Shown: positions 35,771-47,988 of the stretch, in pieces | Position numbering within the stretch: the first letter of the stretch is position 1 | Layout: each line of letters begins with the position of its first letter | Assembly: GCF_036971445.1 (NCBI RefSeq) | Contig: NC_091473.1 | Location: forward strand, 84,630,001-84,694,000 | Origin: Narcine bancroftii | Lineage: Eukaryota | Length of the DNA: 64,000 nucleotides | Direction: 5' to 3' | Notes under the pieces: generated by a model | What the model saw: the letters and a program-made list of their open reading frames with translations, nothing else | Database searches by the model: none | Told to the model about the DNA's origin: nothing | Program-made: the position numbers and the translations under genes

Positions 35771-38700
35771 ATGTTTCGATTATTTCTTTTGGTTTATGAG
35801 ATCTTGCCTTCCCCTGTTTGAATTGCATTGTTTGTTCCTGAGGCCTGTTTCATCCTCATCTGCCAGGACAAGACTTTATGGGTCCTCTCACCCCGCTCAT
35901 AGTACTACTGTCTCGATCTTAAAATAACTTTCTGTCTTGTATGTTTTTAATGTATTATATTTGAGCTTTTTATTCACCAAATTCCTGTATTTTTCTTCTG
36001 TGCCCGCTCTTTGATAATCCTTTTCCATTTGAGCTATCTCCTGTTCTTTAGCATTAACCTCTTTCATGTACCCCTTTTTGATGTTCTTAGTATAAGCAAT
36101 TATCTGGCCCCTTAAATAAGCCTTCTATGTGTCCCATATTAAGAAGTTATCCTCAGTTTGTCTTTCAGAATAATTCTATTTGAGCTCTGATAAAGCTACA
36201 AAATTCCGGTTTTCCTAACAGCAACGTATTCAGGCACTATCTATACACTGAGGCCTGCTTATCTGGCATTATGATGGATAAGGTCATGTGTGAGAGGTCT
36301 GACAGTAGCTAAATCATGTACTCACTTTCCATTATCCTACCTTCCAATTGACACCAAAAATAAATCAATTCTAATGTAGGAATCATGTTGTCTTGAGTAA
36401 AAGGAATAATCCCTTTCTCTTGCATTCAGCCTTCTCCAGACATATTTGAGATTCAAATCTTTCATAAAAGCCAGTGTAGACTTAGCCATCCTGGCTCTTG
36501 TTACCCTTTTTGCTGACTTGTCCATGACTGGATCCAAACAAAAATTGAAATCCCCTCCAATCAAGATATTCTAACATCCTTCAGTTACTTTCAAGAATAT
36601 ATCTTGTATAAATTTTTTGTTGTCAACATTTGGGGAATATATATTCATAAGTGTCCAGGATTCTGAGTATATTTGCCAATGCATCATCACGAATCTCCCT
36701 GCTGAGTCCTCGACCACATCCCAGACCACCACTGGAATATTTTTCCCCAACAGGATAGCCACTCCGCTGGCTCTGGAATGGAAGGGGGATGTCTCCACCT
36801 GACCCACCCACCCCCTCTTTAACTTTGTATGCTCTTGCTTTGTAAGGTGGGTCTCCTGCAAAAACACTATGTCTGCCTGCATTTTTTTAAGGTGTGCCAA
36901 GACTCGTTTTCTCTTTATCATCCATTTCACCTTAAAACTTACAAATTTAATTGACTTATCCATTACTTCAGAGCCCTTCTATTATCCTTCCCCCTTCCAC
37001 CCCCCTTCTTGTCTTCCGATACTTACCTTCTGTCCCTTTTGTCTTCCGGCGACTCCTGGCACAGACATCCGCGCTTGAAACAAACCAAAACAAACTAAAA
37101 AGACTAAAACCAACAATTCAAGAAAATACATAAAATATCCCAAAATAATCCCCTCTCCTTCCGCTCTCCCCACCCCATTCCACCCTGATCTACCCCTCCC
37201 CTTCCCGGTTACCCCTCCAAAACATAGGCGCCAACTGCTCTGCCATTTTAGAGTGAGCTTATAGCACCCATCTAACACTTACGACCTGTTTTACCACCCC
37301 AGAGCTCCCAACATACTTTTCATCTAAACTTTAATCCTCGTGATAAACAAAGTGCAACCATTATTTCTATTATATTTACATTATTTACAGCCAGATTACC
37401 TCATGTCTTTGGCCCTCCATCCTATTAACTCCCTTGGGGTTCTTCCTGGCCAGTGGCCAGGGTGTTTGGAAATCTCAACGCCTATTTGGCATCTACAAAT
37501 AATTTTTCTCACTCCCAGGCAGGAATACCTTCAGGGTCGCTGAATGTAACAGAGTAAAGCCTATTTCTCTTTTTTTTTAAAAAGAAGTTTTTTTATTAAG
37601 TCGAACTTTTATAAGCGCTGTGCTTATATCAGGATAAAAGAAGACTTTCCCCCCTTTGAATTCTACCGGGCCATCCCTCTCCCTGGCTTGCAAAATCCTT
37701 TCCCTGTCTTGATATTTCAGAAGTTTTATCAGGACCAAGAAGGGCCTCTGTCCTGGACCTGGCCTGGGGAAGAGAGACCGGTGGGATCTTTCTATGGGTC
37801 TTTCCCATCAATCCCCTCTTTTACCCCTACAATTTTTATATTTTCTCTTCTGCTGAAATTTTCTAATATATGTAATTTATCCCATATTTTTCTCCTGTCC
37901 TTTGACCAGGCATCCCTGTCATTTTCTGACCTTCCTATACTGTCATCCACCCTTTCTAACCTCTCCTCCACCACTGTCATCTTCTCAGACATTTCCCCCA
38001 CGGCCCTCCTAATTTCTCCCATTTCTGCTGAGAAATCTTTTAATATTTTCTTTAATCTATTTTCTGAGGCCTCCATCGCCTCTCGAAAGTCTTTCATGAA
38101 GGATGCCAAGCCCCCTCCCTCTTTCCTCTCCACTTTCTTCCTCGGCTCTGCCCATGGCATTGGGCCACCTTTGTCAGCCGATATCCTCCTCCCCATCCAT
38201 GCCACTCCGTGTCACTGTCTGATGTCTCTCATGAGGCCAGACTCGCTCCTGTTGCAGCTGTGTCGCCCCCGCTGCTCACGGGGTTCCCTCTGGATTGCAG
38301 GCAGGATCACTTCCATGGCACTGCCTGTGCTCCTTCCCCGAGCGGGGCCGAGGTTGCCCGCATCCTCCTCCATCACTCCGCTTCCCGAGCCACTGCCGCT
38401 ACTTCCAGCCCTCTCCTGCTGTCACCCTGGCTTCTCATGACGGTTTCCCTGGGTTGCAGGCGGGGCCATTTCTACGGCGCTGCCTGTGTTCCCTCTCCAA
38501 CCTGTCAATGTGGAGCAGAAGTCACCTGAATCTACCTCTGCCTCCCGCGCTTCTGCCACTTCCAGCTCTCTCTTGCCGCCGCTTGCAGTGCTCAGCTGGG
38601 ATTGTTTCTCCCATAGCACTGCCTGCACTCTTTCCTGGACCCTCTAACTGCTGTATCCCGGCATCTTCAAACTCTCCAGGTAGGCTGTCCGTCTTTTCTT

Positions 38701-38935
38701 CCCGCAGATGCCTCAAGCAGGTTCCGCCATTTTCTTTTCCATGAGGCCGCCGTTCCTGGTTTTCTCATGGCCCTGGGACCGACAATTCTTTCTGATTAAG
38801 TTTCTTTTCCTCCTTCTCCATTTCTTCCATGTTTATTCTTTCTTCAGGTGCTTTTTTACTTCCATGTCTTTATCTTTTTTTGTAGCTGGCCTTATTTCAC
38901 CACATTCTCTCTAGAACCATGAGTTCCAAGTCTAC
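35771..38935 (-). mobile_element. L1 5' half: 5' region, ORF1, spacer, ORF2 endonuclease
   Basis: ORF1 LENFSRRENIKIVGVKEG. EN DIVFLQETHL, NIYSPN, IGGDFNFCLDP and YSFYSRQHDSYIRIDLFLVS. Confidence 0.88.
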
Positions 38936-40814
38936 CCCCTTCTCTGCAACCACATGACTAACTTTTTAAGATAATTTATTTCAATGTTGGCAAAGCCTAT
39001 TCCATCTTTACCTTCCTTTGGGGTTGTTTGACAGGATAAGGTCTCTGCACCTGAGTGGATTGCGATGCAGTGCTTTGCTGCCTCATTAGTGTAATAAACT
39101 ATCATGTACTATTGTTTATGTTTTATTTTGTAACCTTTAATTCTTGTCCTGTGTTAGCACCTTCCAAGTGCAGCAGTATTTGAATTATTCCTATCCCACA
39201 TTCACTATAGGAACAGATACATAAGAGTTGCTGAATACGTATTATGTTGGATAAATTACAGATTTGTTGTGAGTGGTTTTAGTTGCGGATAAATGGTTTC
39301 ACCAAAAGCTGCTTCCATATCCTGCCTTTCATATGAATAACTTAATATTTAAGAAGAGAAAATATAATTTTCTTGTGTAATGAATATTGTAGTTAAGTTC
39401 TTGCATTAAAATGCCAGATAAATGGTGGCTCTCCTGCAATGTAAGGCCTCTTTACTTTGCAAAATATTTGCATTTATTCTTATGTTAAGAATGTTCCTGT
39501 TGTGAATCTGTAATGGGATATGGACCATATTGGTTCTTCAAAGTTAAGTTTTAAAATGGCATAAGATAATTCATAGCCATGAATATAGCTACATGTAAAA
39601 CTGCCTGCCTTAGACAATATCTAACACTTGATAGATAATTGCTTTATTTATGGATTATGGAACCTAATAATTGAAGATTACTACCACACATGTGTATGTA
39701 ATATTGATCTAGTTTGGTAAAAATTATTGAAAACAAGCCATAATATTGTTTTTCTCACACAGACATGTAGAATCTGCTTCCTTTATTTTCATGTACAGAA
39801 TGTTCTATTATCTATCTCATTCTGAATGTATTTCCAGAATTAACTAAAATTACAGAAACCAAACAGCTAAACTAAGCTGAGTACTGTATTTAATCGAACA
39901 ACAATTAAACAAAAGTCCTTTTGTTTCCTTGGTCTACAAATTCAGAACAAAAGAATTTTAGAACTGTTTTCTCTGCTGGTAATATTTGATTTGGGTGTTT
40001 TCTTTTGACAGAGCAGAATATTATGGAATAAAATTATTTATTTTAAATCATAGCTATTTTAAAACTACTGATTGATTTCCTAGCCAAAGGAAATATTTTT
40101 TTTAAAGGTAGTTCTAACCCTATTTTAGTAAAATATAAAAATACTAATTTGGAAGATGCCCTTAAAGATATTTTATTTCGTAGCATTCCAACACAAGAAA
40201 GCTGCAAAAATAAATCACTGGTTTTCTCTTAACCCCATCACTGCATCTGCTGTTAACTTGGGTCTGAAGGAATTACAGCTGCTCTATGACTCACACCATT
40301 GGAATATTTTTACTTCACTGCAACAGTTTTTCTTTAACTATTTTTGCAAATATACTTGAATCAACAGGAGTAATTGAGATAGATGTTGAACTATTGTTTC
40401 TGTGATGACATTCAATCTACAAGTTGGAAACCAGTTTTGAATTTGATGTGTTTTATTGGGCCAGCTGTGTGTTGAAGAGTTTGCAAGAAAGGTATGAGCC
40501 ATTGATATCATTTAATTGTAACGTGAAAAGTTTCACAATATCAACCTGGATTTGATTTTCTGAGGAATCAGAGGGGAATTTCTAGATTTGATTATACCCA
40601 ACTGACTTGGCCTTTATTAAGTTTTTCCACTCCTTTCTGTGAAGAAGTGGGCATGCACTGAGATGAGAAGTCCATTGTAAATTAATACAAATAGGAGCAA
40701 TTTGAATTATTTTGAATACAAATCTTAATTCTAGAAAGATAATTATTAAGTGGAAGCTTCAATGTGGTGACCTAGAAGTTTAATAAACAGATGAACTATC
40801 ATTTTGGGGAGAAA

Positions 40815-41240
40815 AACTGCAGTAAAAGGGAGGGTAGCTCAGGAGATTATGGTTGCTGAGTGGGGGACAGCAAATGTAAGGAGAGGGAGGAGCAGTGAAT
40901 GCCTGGGAGAAATAAATGCTGAGAGATAGAGAAGCAACTGCTGGGCAAAATGAGGGATTGTTTGGGGGAAGAGAGTGGGAGAAGGGATATTAGGACAATG
41001 AATGTAGGGTAGGAGAGAGGGGTTGACAAGGAATGTGGAGGGGGGATGAGGGTAGTGAATGAGAATAAATCAGTGCTGAAGAGAGGGAGTGAAAGGGATG
41101 AGGGCAGCGAATGCTGGGTGGAAGGAGAGAGAGAGGGGAATAAGGAGAATAAATGCAGGTAGAGAGGGAGTGAGGATGGTGAATTCTGGGGAGAGTGAGA
41201 GAGCAATTGAGGATTGTGCTGGAACAGAGGAGATGAAGAC
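40815..41240 (+). repeat. Purine-rich (GA) low-complexity tract
   Basis: Strong G/A bias on the + strand with no clear period. Confidence 0.7.
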
Positions 41241-41307
41241 AATAAATGTTGGAGACCTTGGCTGTCACTACTTACATTATTGATTTTGATGTGGAGATGA
41301 AATATAT

Positions 41308-41530
41308 GGGGGCAGCACAGTTGGCACAGCGATTAGCACAACACCTTTACAGTGCCAGCAATCGGGACCAGGGTTTGAATCCTACGCTGCATCTGTGTGG
41401 GTTTTCCCCGTGAGCTCTGGCTTCCTCCCACCATTCAAAAACATACCAGAGATGTAGGTTAATTGGATGTAAATTGGCCATCATGGGCCAAAATGGCCTG
41501 TTACTGTGCTGTATGTCTAAATTTAAAAAT
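41308..41530 (+). mobile_element. tRNA-derived SINE (V-SINE/HE1-like), internally deleted
   Basis: gggggcagcacagttggc..gggtttgaatcc..gggttttccccg..ttcctccca..atggcctgttactgtgctgtatgtctaaa. Confidence 0.82.
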
Positions 41531-42734
41531 TTTTAATATCCAGGTTTGTTGATAAATACCTCAGGACAGCCATTCTCAGCACATTTAAGGGAGGCACGGA
41601 CTGAAATCATAAACTATCTTTTATGTTTCATGTAGACAGAAGGAGAGACTTATGGAAGAAACCAACTATACTTGACTGCTTCACAGAGAAGGGGGGGCCA
41701 TAAACTTTGAGCAGAGTCCTCAGGAGGGCCATGGCCAAAAAAGGGTTGAGAATGGATGCTTTAGGATGTAATCGGGTTGACACATCATCAAAGCCCTTTT
41801 GAGTGATAGTACTTGTAATCGATGGTCACAGTCCACAAGTTTCCACTATGCATGTATCCATTGGGTGCTGCTGCCTTGTGCTGCAGTGGCAGCTGAGTCA
41901 GCCATCAGAGTCAGGAGAATTGGTTTGTGCGTAACAATGTGGGCACCAAATGAATTTGAGGCTTTGCTCAAACATGTGAATGAAGTGGAGCTGGACTCGG
42001 TGTTTTAATTTTTATAAGTTGAAGGATACAAAATTATTTTACTGGATTTTGAATCCATGTAAATGAAATTCAGACATTCTTACTCTTTAACTGATTTGAT
42101 TGCCAAAGGTGTGTAGTTTAACTTGCTATCAAAGCTATGCTGGAGATAATCACCTTGGGCACCTCATTCTTGATGTGGAGTTTCATGTCATTGATGTTGC
42201 ACTGGGTTACTTTGTGCATTGAGATATCCCCATGCAATGGAGGTAGTTTGATCTGCTGTGATGGCACTCATATTAGCATTATCAGTCGTACTTATGTTGT
42301 CTGAAGGATATTGCTGATAATTATGCAACTATTTAAATTTTGTGTCTGTATTAAATTGATGGCCAATAGAAACATGGAGGTTCCTTGACATCCTTTTGTG
42401 TGAAACAAAAGGATGGAGACAATATCAGTGTGATTTTTTTTTTTACACTTTGTATTGGAAGTCTCAGTCATGTTATTATGGATAGGTGGATCTCTCAAAT
42501 TAGTTGAAATGTTTGAAAAATATTCTGGTTGAAATTATTTTTGTTGGAAAGAATAGATAAAAAGCACAGATACCTGAATGTGGATTGGTTTGGAGGGCAG
42601 AAAATTGTGTTAATAATTCTGCATAAAAAGGCTCAAAGCATATTTTTCAACACATGCAATATAATAACAGGATGTGAAAAGTTTCCAGTGACTTGTTCTC
42701 TTTAATGAGATTAATTTGTTGTCTTCCTTTTCAG

Positions 42735-42840
42735 GAAGAAGCTGACTGTCGGATACAGCCAACTGGCTGAGTTAACTTGCGGTTTGGAGCAATGCAGTGC
42801 AGCAGTGTGTCTTGAGGCCAGAAGCAGAGGCTTTGTCTAA
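42735..42840 (+). CDS. SWT1: SWT1 last coding exon, to the TAA stop
   Basis: ttttcag|G AAG AAG CTG..., encoding (R)KKLTVGYSQLAELTCGLEQCSAAVCLEARSRGFV*. Resembles remembered human [34 protein letters not shown]. Phase is consistent, and the gene is adjacent to IVNS1ABP as in human. Confidence 0.9.
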
Positions 42841-42926
42841 AATTAGTAATTGATTATACACTAATATTTTTCCACAGACTGGGGTTAATTGATTTTTTTT
42901 TTACTTAAGCTCATCTCTTGTGAGAA

Positions 42927-42932
42927 AATAAA
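42927..42932 (+). terminator. Candidate SWT1 polyadenylation signal (alternatives at 43488 and ~43526)
   Basis: First AATAAA after the stop codon. Confidence 0.3.
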
Positions 42933-43919
42933 TTCTCTGTATCAGAGATAAAAATGTGAAAGGCTTTGTTAAGATAAAATTTAAATTTAAAAAAATACAG
43001 CATTTAATACCACTCAGTAAATTGATCAAAGGAGCATTTTGTTCAACATTCTGATATGGAGTGGAGAGCTGAATATATTTTTGAGCATTTATTCTGAATT
43101 ATTTTTGGTTTTGGAACACTCCATTTCCACATTTAAAGAAGCCTCAGAGAAGAAATCTGAAAGGCATACCACACTGAATTGCCACAAAGTTTCCAGGGAA
43201 TTCAAGATGATTTAACCAGATTATTCAACCACAGATTTATTATTGGGAGTTATATTTAGCTCGAATGTTATTTAATTTGCTATTCTGAATGGTTTCTGAA
43301 AACCAGAGATTTAGATTTATTTTCTGTCGATGTAAATTTTGATGACTTCATTGGAAAAAATGAGAATGGTTTGACTCTCAATGGCGTTGACAATAGATTT
43401 ACTGTCATGTTTTAACTTGCCACTTGTCCAAATATATGGCAAACTGATGAGGTGAATGGCTTTTCTTTTGTTGAATGCAAGATTTGTAATAAAACAAAAT
43501 TGGAAAATTTCAAACTCCAGGTGGAAATAAATAAAGTGCAGAAAATAGATGTCATTTTTTTAACATCAAATGTTTAATGTTCTGTTTGGAAGTATTGACT
43601 TGAGAGCTGCTGGGGTAAGAGTTGAGGGTTCAAGAACTGTCAATTGCATGTTAACAGCACTATCTAATTACATAGGATTATTGTGGATCATTGGATGGAT
43701 CACACTAGAGGATTTTCCATTCCCACCTCCCCCACAAACACCATCAGCATTACCAAAGCTTGCCTTTCCACCCCTTGTCCCACTCTTGACTCAACCAACT
43801 AATTTTTTTCATCCTTGATTTTTTTAATATATTCACTTTGATTTTGATTCAACAATGAGATAAGCACAGGGACTGGCATTTATTTCCATACCACACTGAA
43901 TCAAAATCATTATTAAAAT

Positions 43920-44290
43920 GGTTACAGCACTGATGAGGAACTCCAGTATGTCAAGTCTATTTTGGTTACAGGTCCATGCAATCTAACATCCCTCTGTTTA
44001 TGCCTTGCAAATTATTTTCTTTAAAATGTTATCCAACTTCCATATGAATGCTAAATGTAACCCTGGACCTCTGTTTTTGTTTTTTTTTTAGAATTGTGCC
44101 TCATCTCGGACTTTCCTAACAAAATATAACTAATATTTGGCCTGTCTTAATACAAATTTTCATGTTATGTATTTACCTATTCCATCAGCCTGTCCTTAAC
44201 TCCTTTAAATCTAATGCTATTCTCTATGCCCTTTGCTATACCTTCGATTTTAAGTCATTTGAGAATTTGCAAATTGTTCCCTAGCTGTAT
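43920..44290 (-). mobile_element. Very old CR1 3' fragment
   Basis: Degenerate CR1 tail on the minus strand (ggttacagcactgatgagg, ttatccaacttcc, gtcatttgagaattt). Confidence 0.4.
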
Positions 44291-44354
44291 ATGTCCAGCT
44301 CATGCTGCTAAAACCCATTGTATTTTGTGATGTCTTGATGATGCCTATTATGTG

Positions 44355-44670
44355 GATGGCATAATGCTGCACATCGTACAGCTGTCTAGTCACTTTCATG
44401 TCTCGCATTCAATCCTGCTCTCCAATGCTGTCTGTATGGAATTTGCACATTCTCCTGTGGTTCCCACAGCCCAAAGATGTTCTAATTGTTTGGTAAGTTG
44501 AGCACAATAAGTTACCTGCAGTGTAGTAGAGGAGTGACAAGAGAATTTGGGGTTAGAGGTGTCAAAGGGTATGTATAAGACTATTGGTTACAGAGAAATA
44601 ATTGTGGGAGAATTGTGAGATTGTTCTGAGAGCTGGCAGAGATTCAAAGGACAGAACTGCCTTCTGTATC
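44355..44670 (+). mobile_element. Degenerate V-SINE-like element
   Basis: ttcaatcctg..tgctgtctgtatggaatttgcacattctcc..ttcccacagcccaaagatgt. Confidence 0.55.
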
Positions 44671-45255
44671 ATTGGGAAGAATTTCAAAAATTAGTATTTC
44701 ATCAGATACCTTTTGGATGATCATGTACACCATATCATCTACAGTTCCCTCTTTGATCTTCATTATTCACCAGTGGAGTTTTGTTAATTAGCCCAGATTC
44801 CCCTGATATCTGGCCTCTCATTAAGACATATAGTGCTTTATTAATGTGACTCAATCAGTTAGGTCTGCACAGATTGGTGAGCCAATATTGGGGAACCTAA
44901 TGATGCTAAGATTATTAAATATCAAAGTCTGATTATTTGAAACTTCCTCCAGAGAAATGGCTGTTGCCTAACTCTTGAGAGGCACAGATATTACGTATCT
45001 TATCAGTATGAATGTGTTTTGACGTTAACTTTATTTGATGTTTTGCAAATGGAATTGAGCTCTGCAACTATCAGCCAACACCTTCAGATCAGACATTATG
45101 AAACAGAAATGCCATTGATGAAGCAGCGGTACATGGGCCCAGATACTGCCTAAGGAACTGTTTGGCCTTTGATGTTAATCATTTTCCTTTGTGCTAATAA
45201 AGACTCTGTGGTTGTGATTGTGGTTGTGAGTTTTTTTCATATATTCTATTTCTAT

Positions 45256-46201
45256 GTCCTGTTTTGTGGAAACTGTCAAAATGTTTGGCCTGGAAGTCAG
45301 CCTGAAGAAAACTGAGGTCCTCCATCAGCCAGCTCCCCACCATGACTACCAGCACCCCCCCCCCCCCCCCCACATCTCCATCCAGCACACAGAACTCAAA
45401 ACGGTCAACCAGTTTACCTACCTCGGCTGCACCATTTCATCTGATGCAAGGATCGACAAAGAAATAGACAACAGACTCGCCAAGGGAAATAGCGCCTTTG
45501 GAAGTCTACACAAAAGAGTCTGGAAAAACAACCACCTGAAGAAACATACAAAGATCAGCATGTACAGAGCCGTTGTCATACCCACGCTCCTGTTCGGCTC
45601 CGAATCATGGGTCCTCTACCGACATCACCTACGGCTCCTAGAATGCTTCCATCAACGCTGTCTCCACTCCATCCTCAACATTCATTGGAATGACTTCATC
45701 ACCAACATCAAAGTACTCGAGCTGGCAGAGTCCGCAAGCATCGAATCCATGCTGCTGAAGACCCAATTGCGCTGGGTGGGTCACGTCTCCAGAATGGAGG
45801 ACCATCGCCTTCCCAAGATCGTGTTATATGGCGAGCTCTCCACTGGCCACCGAGACAGAGGTGCACCAAAGAAGAGGTACAAGGACTGCTTAAAGAAATC
45901 TCTTGGTGCCTGCCACATTGACCACCACCAGTGGGCTGATATCGCCTCCAACCGTGCATCTTTGCGCCTCACAGTTCGGCGGGCAGCAACCTCCTTTGAA
46001 GAAGATCGCAGAGCCCACCTCACTGACAAAAGACAAAGGAGGAAAAACCCAACTCCCAACCCCAACCAACCAATTTTCCCTTGAAACCGTGCCTGCCTGT
46101 CCCGCATCGGACTTGTCAGTCACCAACGAGCCTGCAGCAGACGTGGACATACCGCTCCATAAATCTTCGTCTGCAAAGCCAAGCCAAAGAAGAGAAGAAA
46201 G
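45256..46201 (+). mobile_element. 5'-truncated young RTE LINE with an 8-bp TSD
   Basis: 276-aa ORF FGLEVSLKKTEV..FTYLG..IDNRLAK..LRWVGHVSRMEDHRLPK. TSD ATTTCTAT at 45248-45255 and 46202-46209. Confidence 0.95.
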
Positions 46202-46299
46202 ATTTCTATCACATGAGGCATTAAATGGAAAAGGGAATGGAGAAGAACTTGTCAACTTTGCATAATTATTCCCAGCATTAAACTCTGAAATAAATAAAA

Positions 46300-46765
46300 G
46301 ACCATGCCAGTAATGCTCTGCAGATTTGAAAGAAAATCTTAATGTTTCAACTCTGGGTCCCTTCACCAGAAAGGGGTAAAAGAAAATAAATTGGTTTTGA
46401 CTAGATAGAAATTGAGGACAGGAGATGGGTGGAACAAAGGGAATATTTGTGATAGAGTTAGATGTAGAGTGGATGATCTAATGTGGCAGTGAATGGGCAG
46501 ATTAGTCATGAAAAACCATACTGGGCATCAACAAACCTGTTATTTGAGAGTGAGTGCCACTTAATCGTAGAAATGGTCAGTTCCAATAGAGTCCTTATAC
46601 AAACAGAGTGGATTATTCAGAGAGATTACCCAATCTCTGTTTAACCTCTCCTTGTTAAGGGGGCCCTATGGTGAACACTGAATTGGATTGGTAGAAGTGC
46701 AAGTAAATCATTGCTTCACCTGGAAAAACTATTTGACCCAAATGCTGATCGAGTTACCAATTTGT
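46300..46765. mobile_element. Degenerate Penelope-like fragment, with an inverted terminal piece at ~47270-47440
   Basis: aatgtttcaactctgggtcccttcaccagaa, gtagaagtgcaagtaaatcattgcttcacctggaa and ttctgatgaagtcttcaacctgaaacgt. Confidence 0.5.
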
Positions 46766-47988
46766 GGAACACCAGTATTATGTCTGCAAGGGTGACCCAG
46801 AGCTTCCAGTGGCCTGCTATTTTAATTCATCATTACCATTCACTGTGGGGAAGTTGACGGGAAGAAAGGGAATAAAATAAGTTTGGGTTGGATTAATGAA
46901 ATTATGGGTGACTTGAAATCAATGAGGATAAAAGGACATATCTGTACTATGTCTTTCGAAGGGTGACCCTTTCCCAATCCCACTTCCAGCACAATTGAAT
47001 GGAGGCCTAATGTGAGTTTAGGAAACAGTGCCACATTTTTTGTCTGGCGTTGCATTCCTGTTTGCACTACAACAGCCCAGTTCAGCTGTGAGTCATCCAT
47101 CTGTAATATTGACTCTGTATTTCTCTTCACTTTCACTGCCTGACCTGCTGTTCTGCATTTCTAAGCTTTTACATTCCACCATTTGTGTTCACTCTCTAAC
47201 TGGCTTCAGTTCATAACCTTTATATTCTTTAGTGCATCTTTTCTCTCTCTCCAACTGGCTGTTTTAACCCACTGGCAACATTTGTTTGCATCTGCAACTT
47301 CTACTCCAGCACCCCAACCTCACCCTTCTTTCATGACTGCAACTGATAAGTTTTTTTCTTTCTTTTCCAATTCTGATGAAGTCTTCAACCTGAAACGTGA
47401 ACTTTGCTTCTGTTTCCACCAATGCTGCCTGAGTGTGGCAGCAAATCTTCTCAAATGTCTGTGGATGATTGACACAAGAGATACATAGAAATTATCACTC
47501 AATTATTTTTGTTTCTAAGGAGTAATTAACAGGTACTGAGTTGGTTTGATCGGTGAGGATTGAATTGCAATCCTTGGATAATGAGATGATCAGCAACAGA
47601 TATTAGGAATTGTGGTGTCATGGAGTGTTTGGGGTTTTTTTGCAGCAGAAGTTGATGCTCGTTGACATTAAGCGTTGTTATTATGTAGGAGGTTCCAGGA
47701 TTTAGACAGTTGTTTTTTTTTTTGTTTTTTTTTTAAATTTTTTTATTTTTCACACCATAAATCACATTAACCATGGTACACACTTTTTCCTTTTCACACA
47801 TATACAGTGCCATTTTCTCCCCCCCCACTCCCTCCTCCCATCCCACCCTACCTACCTCCCCGCTCCCGTCCATTTAAGGTATACAATCTAGGATACATTA
47901 AACCAGTCAGACAATGTTGTCATTCAATAAAAATACACCAGAAATTCTACTGAGTCCATTCTTTTCATTTCCTTTTCCTTCCGTTAAC

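Noticed and set aside
37688-38440. 250-aa plus-strand ORF
   Set aside because: Antisense shadow of L1 ORF1 (S/F/L/I-rich mirror of a coiled coil).
40847-41283. Ser/Pro/Leu-rich ORFs
   Set aside because: Artefact of the GA-rich low-complexity tract.
45355-45371. Poly-C run giving a polyproline insert in the RTE ORF
   Set aside because: Simple homopolymer expansion or length error, not a functional feature.
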